From Myxococcota bacterium (GTDB taxonomy: Bacteria > Myxococcota_A > UBA796 > UBA2385), in the NCBI GenBank assembly GCA_044344255.1, contig JBIJDH010000008.1, forward strand, positions 1 to 64,000: a stretch of 64,000 nt of DNA. Reading direction: 5' to 3'. Both the position numbers and the translations under genes were made by a program. Positions 57,457-64,000 of the stretch are shown here, piece by piece; the first letter of the stretch is position 1; every line of letters starts with the position of its first letter. Below the pieces are notes generated by a model. That model was not told where the DNA came from, made no database searches, and saw nothing but the letters and a program-made list of their open reading frames with translations.

Positions 57457-59234
57457 ACGAGCTCTTCCCCGGCCTCGACACGGACGCCCTGCTCGCGGCC
57501 GGCGCGCTCAGCCCCCTCGACGTCGAGCTGCCGCGCGCGCTGTCGCGCATCACCGGGGAGGTCGATCCCCTCGTGCTCCTGGGCGCGGCGGCCGCCGCCT
57601 CCAGCGTCCGCCGGGGGCACGTCTGCGCCGAGCTCGACCGCCTCGGCGGCGCCCCGATCTTAGACGGGGAGGGCGCGCCCGTCGGCCGCGCGACCTGGCC
57701 CGCCCGCGGCCCCTGGGAGGCGGCGCTGCGGCGCTCCCCGATCGTCGGCGACGGCAGCGGCGAGCCCCGCCCGCTCGTCCTCGACGCCGAGGGCCGGCTC
57801 TACACCCACCGTTACTGGGAGCACGAGCGCGCGCTCGCCACCGCGCTCTCGCAGCGCATGTCGGCGGGGCCGCCCGAGCCCATCGACGAGGCCGTGCTCC
57901 AGGGCAGCCTCCGCCGCCTCTTCGCTGGGATGGGTGAGGGGGCGGAAGACCAGCGCGCCGCCGTCGAGAAGGCGGTGCGGCGGCGCTTCACGGTGATCTC
58001 GGGCGGGCCCGGCACCGGCAAGACCACCACCGTCATCCGCCTGCTGGTGGCCTTGATCGAGCAGGCCCTGGCCCGGGGCGCCCGCCCTCCGCGGCTCCTG
58101 CTCGTCGCCCCCACCGGCAAGGCGGCCGCCCGCCTCGTCGAGTCGATCCGCGGCGCCAAGGCCCGGCTCGACTGCTCCCCCGAGGTGAAGGCGCTCATCC
58201 CCGAGGAGGCCCGCACGCTGCACCGGGCGCTCGGCACCACCCGGGGCAGCACGACCCTCTTCCGCCACGACGCCGATGACCCGCTGCCGGCGGAGCTCGT
58301 GCTGGTCGACGAGTCCTCGATGGTCGACCTCGCCCTCCTCCGCCGGCTGGTCGACGCGGTCCCGCCCGAGGCGCGGCTGCTCCTGCTCGGTGACCCCGAT
58401 CAGCTCGTCAGCGTCGAGGCCGGCGCCATCCTCGGCGACATCTGCGCCGCCGGCGGCGAAGCGGTGGCCGCGCTCCGGGTGAGCTGGCGCTTCGACGCCA
58501 CCCGCGGCATCGGCATCCTCGCCCGGGCGATCCGCGACGGGGACGCGGAGGGGGCCCTCGCGGTCCTCCAGGATCCGCAACACCCCGACGTCTCCCTCGC
58601 CCCACCCCTCAGCGGTGGCGCGCTGGGGCCCGGGCTCACCGAGGCCGTCCTCCGCGGTTGGCGCCCCGTCGAAGACGCGGTCGATCCCGCCGACAAGCTG
58701 CGCGCCCTCGAGCACTTCCGCGTCCTCGCCGCGCACCGCAGGGGCGCCCTCGGGGTGATCGCCCTCAACCGCCAGGTCGAGCGGGCGCTCCAGGCCGAGG
58801 GGCGGCTGCGCCCGGTCGGGCCGTGGTACCCGGGCCGGCCGGTGATGGTCACGGAGAACGACTACGGGGTCGAGCTCTTCAACGGCGACGTCGGCCTGCT
58901 GACCGCCCAGCGCGGCCAGGGCCTCCGCGCCTGCTTCTTCGGCGCCGACTCGCAGGTCCGCGCCCTCGCCCCCTCCCGCTTGCCGCCGGTCGAGACGGTC
59001 TTCGCGATGAGCGTACACAAGAGCCAGGGCTCGGAGTTTGACGAGGTGGCCCTCGTCCTCCCCGACCGCCCCTCCCCCTTGCTCTCCCGAGAGCTGATCT
59101 ACACGGCGGTCACCCGAGCCAGGCTCCGGGTCGTGATCCACGCCCGGCCCGAGATCATCGCCGCAGGGGTGCGCCACCGCATCCAACGCGCAAGCGGCCT
59201 CGTCGCGGCGCTGCGGAGGGGGACGAAGGGGTAG
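57453..59234 (+). CDS. recD: Exodeoxyribonuclease V alpha subunit
   Basis: ISGGPGTGKTTT, APTGKAAARL, VDESSMVD, LGDPDQL.SVEAG, LFNGD.G, AMSVHKSQGSEF, YTAVTRA. Confidence 0.96.
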   Translation: MNELFPGLDTDALLAAGALSPLDVELPRALSRITGEVDPLVLLGAAAAASSVRRGHVCAELDRLGGAPILDGEGAPVGRATWPARGPWEAALRRSPIVGDGSGEPRPLVLDAEGRLYTHRYWEHERALATALSQRMSAGPPEPIDEAVLQGSLRRLFAGMGEGAEDQRAAVEKAVRRRFTVISGGPGTGKTTTVIRLLVALIEQALARGARPPRLLLVAPTGKAAARLVESIRGAKARLDCSPEVKALIPEEARTLHRALGTTRGSTTLFRHDADDPLPAELVLVDESSMVDLALLRRLVDAVPPEARLLLLGDPDQLVSVEAGAILGDICAAGGEAVAALRVSWRFDATRGIGILARAIRDGDAEGALAVLQDPQHPDVSLAPPLSGGALGPGLTEAVLRGWRPVEDAVDPADKLRALEHFRVLAAHRRGALGVIALNRQVERALQAEGRLRPVGPWYPGRPVMVTENDYGVELFNGDVGLLTAQRGQGLRACFFGADSQVRALAPSRLPPVETVFAMSVHKSQGSEFDEVALVLPDRPSPLLSRELIYTAVTRARLRVVIHARPEIIAAGVRHRIQRASGLVAALRRGTKG

Positions 59235-59282
59235 ACGATCGGCGCCGGGCGTGCACAGATGAAAGAAATGCTCGGAGAACCC

Positions 59283-60518
59283 ATGCGCCCTTGGATCTAC
59301 CCGCTCCACACCCTGCTCCTCCTCGCCGCCGCGTGCAGCCCGAAGGGCGAAGACAACACAGAAGACAGCGCGGTCGGGGGTGACGGCACGGATGGCACCG
59401 ACGGCACCGACGGCACCGATGGGACCGACGGCACCGACGGCACCGACGGCACCGATGGGACCGACGGCACCGATGGGACCGACGGCGGCGGCTCCAACAA
59501 CTATGGGGACTGCGACCCCACCCTCGTCGACGCCCTGCCGGTCTACGCGGGCGACCCCGCGGGGCTCTCCGAGGCCCTCTACTGCGAGGGCACCGCCACC
59601 ACGGAGGAGGAGTGCATGGCCTGCGGCCCCACTTGCATGGAGGCGCTCGCCACGGTGTTCAACACGGAGCACTCGTACTCCGGCTACGGCTACTCCATCT
59701 CCTTCACCTGTGGGCCCACCTGGGTCGACGAGGCCTGCTGCTTCCCCGCCTCGATCGGCGAGTGGGTCGAGGGGCGCCCCCTCCCCTCCCCGGAGGGCCC
59801 CTGCGCCGCCCCCACCGAGCGCGGCTCGGGCTGGGCGGCGAAGCTCCGCGTCGGAGCGGTCCCTCCCGAGGTCGCCGCCCGCCTCGTCCAGGCCTGGTCG
59901 CGCACGGCGTCGATGGAGCAGGCCTCGGTGGCGAGCTTCGGGCGCTTCGTGATGCAGCTCCTCGCGCTCGGCGCCCCGGCCGAGCTCGTGCGGGCCGCCG
60001 GGGAGGCCCTCTCCGACGAGGTCGTGCACGCGCAGGTCGCCTACGGCCTCGCCAGCGCCTGGGCGGGAGCGCCGCTGCGCCCGGGCCGCCTGCCCCTCAC
60101 CGAGGTGCCCGAGGTCTTCGACCCCGCCGGCGTGCTCCTCGAGACCTTCCGCGACGGCTGCATCAACGAGGCCCTGGCCGCCGCCGAGGCCACCCTCGCC
60201 CTCACCCAGGCCGAAGACCCCGCCGTCCGCGCCGCGCTCACCCGCGTGGCGGCCGACGAGGCCCGCCACGCCGCGCTCGCCTGGCGCACCGCCCGTTGGC
60301 TCATCGACACCTACGACCTGTCCACCGAGCCGCTGCGCGAGGCCCTGCTCGCCGAGGCCCGCCGCGTCGCCGGGCTCCGCGGAGAGGACCCCGGTCTGCC
60401 CCGGTACGGCCTGCTCTCCGCCCGCGACCGCCGCACCTTGGCCCGCGACGTGCTCCTCGAGGTGGTCGGCCCCGCCCTCTCCGCCCTCGAGGCCCCCGCC
60501 GTTCGGGCGGCCGCCTGA
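59283..60518 (+). CDS. Lipoprotein with (DGT)n linker, Cys-rich domain and ferritin-like di-metal domain
   Basis: LAAAC lipobox; EGRP; EQASVASF, DEVVHA, DGCINE, DEARHA..AW carboxylate/His motifs. Confidence 0.8.
   Translation: MRPWIYPLHTLLLLAAACSPKGEDNTEDSAVGGDGTDGTDGTDGTDGTDGTDGTDGTDGTDGTDGTDGGGSNNYGDCDPTLVDALPVYAGDPAGLSEALYCEGTATTEEECMACGPTCMEALATVFNTEHSYSGYGYSISFTCGPTWVDEACCFPASIGEWVEGRPLPSPEGPCAAPTERGSGWAAKLRVGAVPPEVAARLVQAWSRTASMEQASVASFGRFVMQLLALGAPAELVRAAGEALSDEVVHAQVAYGLASAWAGAPLRPGRLPLTEVPEVFDPAGVLLETFRDGCINEALAAAEATLALTQAEDPAVRAALTRVAADEARHAALAWRTARWLIDTYDLSTEPLREALLAEARRVAGLRGEDPGLPRYGLLSARDRRTLARDVLLEVVGPALSALEAPAVRAAA
59382..59480. repeat. 9-bp coding tandem repeat (Asp-Gly-Thr) x11
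   Basis: ga(c/t)gg(c/g)ac(c/g) array. Confidence 0.9.
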
Positions 60519-60600
60519 GGGCGCTCGACCGGGCGCCCTGCGATCCGGGGCGGTTGAGGGTGGGGCGGCCCGTTCGGCAGGGTCGAGATAGACTGTGACG

Positions 60601-62817
60601 ATGTCGCAGCACTTCCCGACACGCATCGGCCTCTACCTCCCCGAGCGGCTCATCGGCCGCGGCGCCATGGCGGCGGTCTACCTCTGCCGGGCCCCCGACG
60701 GGTCGGCGGTGGCCGTCAAGTGGATGGATCAGCCCCACCCGGCGCTGCTCCGCCGCTTCGAGCGAGAGATCGCCGCCCTCGGGAAGGTCGACCACCCCGG
60801 CGTGGTGAGCGTGCTTGACCACGGTGAGGAGGACGGCCGCCCCTTCCTCGTGATGACCTACGAAGAGGGGGTCGACCTCCGGGTCTACGCGCCCAAGCTC
60901 CACCAGCGCGCCCCCGCCGAACGGTACGCCCGGGTGCGGGCCATCGGCGCCGCCCTCGCGCAGGTGCTCGACCACCTGCACCAGCACCAGCTCGTGCACC
61001 GCGACGTCAAGCCGAGCAACGTGCTCCTCACTGAGGACGGCCGCGTGGTGCTCACCGACTTCGGCGTGGTGAAAGACCTCGGCGATCCCGAGCGCACGGC
61101 GGCCGGCACCGTGGTGGGCACCATCGCCTTCGCCGCCCCCGAGCAGGTCGAAGGGGAGGCCGTCGAGCCCCGCACCGACCTCTTCGGCCTCGGCGCGACG
61201 CTCTATTACCTCCTCACCCAACGTCGGCCCTTCGAGGGGCTCTCGCGCAGCACGCTGCCGCCCCCCTCCCGCTTCGATCCCGGCATCCCGCCCGATCTCG
61301 AGGCCGTGGTGCTGCGGCTGATGGCCCCGCACCCCCACCACCGCTACCCCGACGCGCGCACCGCGGGGGCCGCCCTGGCCGCCGGTCGCCCCGAGGGGGT
61401 CACCATCGCAGGCCGCCAAGCCGCCCTCGACGCTGTCGCCCACGCGCTCAGCCGCGCGCGCGAGGGGGTCCCCGTCGTCGTTCGCCCCCGAGGTCCGCTC
61501 GGGGCGGGCAAGGGCTGGCTGAGCGACATGGTGCGCCAGAACGCGCGCCGCAGCGGCATCCCCGTCTATGTGCTGCGCGACGGTGAGCCTCCCGACGAGG
61601 CCCTCGACGAGCTGCGCTCCGGCCGGGGCTCGGTCGTCGTCTCCCCGATCGACCTCGAGCTCCCCGAGGGGGTCGAGCAGGTCGACATCCCGCTCCAGTC
61701 GCTCGGCCTCGCCGACGTGCGCCGCACCGTGGTCGGCGCCGCGCCCCGCACCCGCGAGCCCGCTCGTGTCGCCGAGCTGCTCCATCGCCTGACCGGCGGT
61801 ATCCCCGGGCTGCTCGTCCCCCTGATCGGGCGCTATACGGTGGACGAGGCGCTCGATCTGCCCGATCCCGTCGAGGCCCCCTCCGTCCTCGACGACTACA
61901 CGGGCGGCCTCGACCTCGACGACACCGAGGTGCTGGGCGTGCTCTCCCTGACCGATGAGCCCGCCAGCGCCGCCCTCATCGAGCGGGTCACGATGGCCCC
62001 CGCCGAGGCCTCGCTCACCACGCTCGAGGCGCGCGGCATCGCCCGCCAGATCGACGGCCGCTGGTGCATCACCGCCGAGCTCTTCCGGGCGGCCGGCCGG
62101 GGCGGCACGGTAGACCCCATCGGCATGGCCGAGCGCATCGAGCGGGCCCGCGCCGAGCTCGGGGAGTCGAGCAGCCTCGAGCGCCTCCGGGCCGAGCTCG
62201 CCGGCATCGACACCCTCACCCGCGAAGACGAGCTCCAGCTCGCGCTCAGCGGGGCGCGCGCCGCCGTCCAGTCTTCCGCCGCCCTCGGCCTCGCGGCCTC
62301 GCAGTGCGCGGCGCTCAACGCCCTCGGGCTGGTCCTCCTCGAGGCGGACCGCCCCACCGAGGCCACCGCCGTCCTCGCCGACGCCACCGCGCTCGCCCGC
62401 GCCGCCGACCGCACCGACGAGCACCGGCTCTCTCACGTGCTGCGCGCCGCCGCCACCCTCGACGAGCGCCCCCGCGATCGGGCCGCCGCCGCCGCCGCCA
62501 TTGACCGCCTGCTGCCCCTCCTCGGCGGGGCCGCCTCCCGCCCCTCCAACGCGACCGACGCGCGCCTCTTCGCCACCTGGGCCCGCGCCGCCGCGATCCT
62601 CGGTGATCGGGGTGGCTGGATGAAGGGCGAGCAGGAGGCCGCGACCCGCCTCCCCGGCCTGTCCGACCAAGAGCGGCCGCCTGTGCTCTTCGAGCTCGGC
62701 CGCGCCGCATTTCTCCGCGGAGATCGCGCCGCCGCCGAGCGCTGGCTCCAGGAGATCGACGCCGGGGCCTCGCCGCTACACGCGCGGAAGGCCCAAGCCC
62801 TGCTCGGCCACCCCTGA
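60601..62817 (+). CDS. Cytoplasmic Ser/Thr kinase fused to a degenerate P-loop (STAND-like) region and helical repeats
   Basis: IGRGAMA, VAVK, HRDVKPSN, DFG, APEQ; then IAGRQ..LD, GPLGAGKG.L, LH..TGGIP, wHTH-like segment and Ala-rich TPR-like tail. Confidence 0.85.
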   Translation: MSQHFPTRIGLYLPERLIGRGAMAAVYLCRAPDGSAVAVKWMDQPHPALLRRFEREIAALGKVDHPGVVSVLDHGEEDGRPFLVMTYEEGVDLRVYAPKLHQRAPAERYARVRAIGAALAQVLDHLHQHQLVHRDVKPSNVLLTEDGRVVLTDFGVVKDLGDPERTAAGTVVGTIAFAAPEQVEGEAVEPRTDLFGLGATLYYLLTQRRPFEGLSRSTLPPPSRFDPGIPPDLEAVVLRLMAPHPHHRYPDARTAGAALAAGRPEGVTIAGRQAALDAVAHALSRAREGVPVVVRPRGPLGAGKGWLSDMVRQNARRSGIPVYVLRDGEPPDEALDELRSGRGSVVVSPIDLELPEGVEQVDIPLQSLGLADVRRTVVGAAPRTREPARVAELLHRLTGGIPGLLVPLIGRYTVDEALDLPDPVEAPSVLDDYTGGLDLDDTEVLGVLSLTDEPASAALIERVTMAPAEASLTTLEARGIARQIDGRWCITAELFRAAGRGGTVDPIGMAERIERARAELGESSSLERLRAELAGIDTLTREDELQLALSGARAAVQSSAALGLAASQCAALNALGLVLLEADRPTEATAVLADATALARAADRTDEHRLSHVLRAAATLDERPRDRAAAAAAIDRLLPLLGGAASRPSNATDARLFATWARAAAILGDRGGWMKGEQEAATRLPGLSDQERPPVLFELGRAAFLRGDRAAAERWLQEIDAGASPLHARKAQALLGHP

Positions 62818-64000
62818 GGCGCGGACCGCCTCGGGGATGGCCTGCCGCTCGAGGCGCTTCAGCACCTCGGCCGCAGGGATGACCTCGGCGAAGACCACGA
62901 CCTGCTCGGCCAGCTCGGCCGGCAGAGGCCCACCAGCCTCGGCCAGGAGGCGCTTGGAGACCGCGAGCACCACGTTCTTCGGCGTGGCCGCGACTCGCTG
63001 CTGGAGCCAGCCCCGCCGCCAGTAGCCGAGGATGTCCAGGTGGCCCACCCGCCCGTCCTTGCGGAAGCTGAGGTCGGGCACGATCAGGCTCTGCCCGCCC
63101 ATCGTCACGAGCTCCCCGGGCTCCAGGCTCCAGCCGCTGTCGAGCGCCTGGAAGCGGTCGCGGAAGAAGCGTTCGGCCTGGCTCTCCCAGGTCCCGGTCT
63201 CGCGGAGGGGGCTCTTCAGGCCGAGCTCCGAGCTGAGGGAGAGGGTCTTCCGCGCCGGCCGCTCCTTACCCCAGAGGAGCTCAGCCTCGACGGTCCACGG
63301 GGGATCCATCGCGAGCACGGCGGCGAAGGCCCCGGCGAGCTGGCGGCCGTAGCGGGTGGTCTGCTTGAGCAGGCTCTCGGGCCCGTCGACCTCGATGACC
63401 ACCGCGCCATCGTCCCGTCGGCCCGCCCGGAACATCAGCTCTTGGAACTTGAGCTGCCGGAAGAGGAGGCGGAGGCGCTTCGGGCTCGGGCGGCGGATGA
63501 TCACCTGGAGGTGGGTGGCCCGGAGGAGGAGAGACTGGGCGAGCACGACGTTGTAGCGGTCGAGGAGGGCCTCGGCGGTCTCGGGGCCGTCAAAGCCCTG
63601 CAGGAGCGCGGCCTCGGGCAGGTCGCTGTAGAGGAGGGCGGGGAGCACCGGGTCCTCGGCCTCTACCCCGAGCGCCTGGGCGGCCTCGCGGAGGACCTGC
63701 AGGGCGGGGGCTCCGGGGGTGACCGGACCGATGGCGGCGGCGCGGGTGAAGGCCTCGCGCCGAAAGGCGACCGCGTCCACCAGGGCTGGGGCGTCGAGGG
63801 TGCAGCGGTCGAACATCACCTTGGCGAGGCCGCGCACGAGCTTGATGTCGGTCTCGGTGCCCTCCACCTCTGCGAGGGCCTCCTCGATCTCCCCGCGGCT
63901 CCAGCGCTCCTTCACCGCGGGGAGGAAGACGCCGAGCACGTCCAGGGCCCGCTGCTGGGCGGCGTCGTCGGCGGCCGCCAGCCATTGGGGGAGGAGCGCC
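62776..64000 (-). CDS. DUF790 family protein (putative nuclease), 5-prime end beyond the window
   Basis: KLVRGLAKV, LYSDL, LLDRYN..LAQ.LL..A, DGP.SL...T.RYG, ES..E..F, PDLSF...LDILGYW; frame stays open to the window edge. Confidence 0.85.
   Translation of the reverse strand, partial: ALLPQWLAAADDAAQQRALDVLGVFLPAVKERWSRGEIEEALAEVEGTETDIKLVRGLAKVMFDRCTLDAPALVDAVAFRREAFTRAAAIGPVTPGAPALQVLREAAQALGVEAEDPVLPALLYSDLPEAALLQGFDGPETAEALLDRYNVVLAQSLLLRATHLQVIIRRPSPKRLRLLFRQLKFQELMFRAGRRDDGAVVIEVDGPESLLKQTTRYGRQLAGAFAAVLAMDPPWTVEAELLWGKERPARKTLSLSSELGLKSPLRETGTWESQAERFFRDRFQALDSGWSLEPGELVTMGGQSLIVPDLSFRKDGRVGHLDILGYWRRGWLQQRVAATPKNVVLAVSKRLLAEAGGPLPAELAEQVVVFAEVIPAAEVLKRLERQAIPEAVRASGVAEQGLGLPRV

Noticed and set aside
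57660..60626. Long antisense or alternative-frame ORFs (this 988-aa one, also 43283-45835, 7231-9402, 18119-20308, 60301-62670)
   Set aside because: Shadow ORFs expected at high GC; they lie opposite well-supported genes and have no motifs.

Overview
A very GC-rich bacterial chromosomal segment, probably Myxococcota-like. That placement is inferred from a MYXO-CTERM-like tail, many MopE-motif and Ca-repeat lipoproteins, Hanks kinases, an alkyl-DHAP synthase-like gene and sigma54 promoters. Most of the window is core housekeeping: leuS, trpG/pabA, HU, ribA, rsmE-prmA, a VKOR-DsbA fusion, smpB, a dcw cluster (mraZ-rsmH-ftsL-ftsI-murE-murF-mraY-murD-ftsW-murC-murB-like-ddl, with no murG or ftsQAZ here), hflX, a cyclophilin, recB-recD (no recC here) and a partial DUF790 gene. 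Secreted acidic repeat proteins are interspersed. I saw no tRNA, rRNA, tmRNA or CRISPR array. The most notable observations are: (1) a self-contained candidate sigma54-dependent sRNA of about 90 nt at 18076-18166, with upstream repeats, an IHF-like site, a -24/-12 promoter and a strong terminator; (2) an intact MurB homologue in the dcw operon whose FAD-loop and catalytic motifs are replaced; (3) a divergent pair of apparent pseudoenzymes (dihydroorotase-like and alpha/beta-hydrolase-like) just upstream of that sRNA; (4) a large-serine-recombinase C-terminal remnant overlapping the DIGAYGGP tail of a surface-protein gene, with scar-like sequence at both ends; (5) an EAD1-like/TM/SH3-like receptor-type protein; and (6) five GTGGATC boxes between smpB and mraZ. 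All calls come from reading motifs by eye; no database searches or computations were run.
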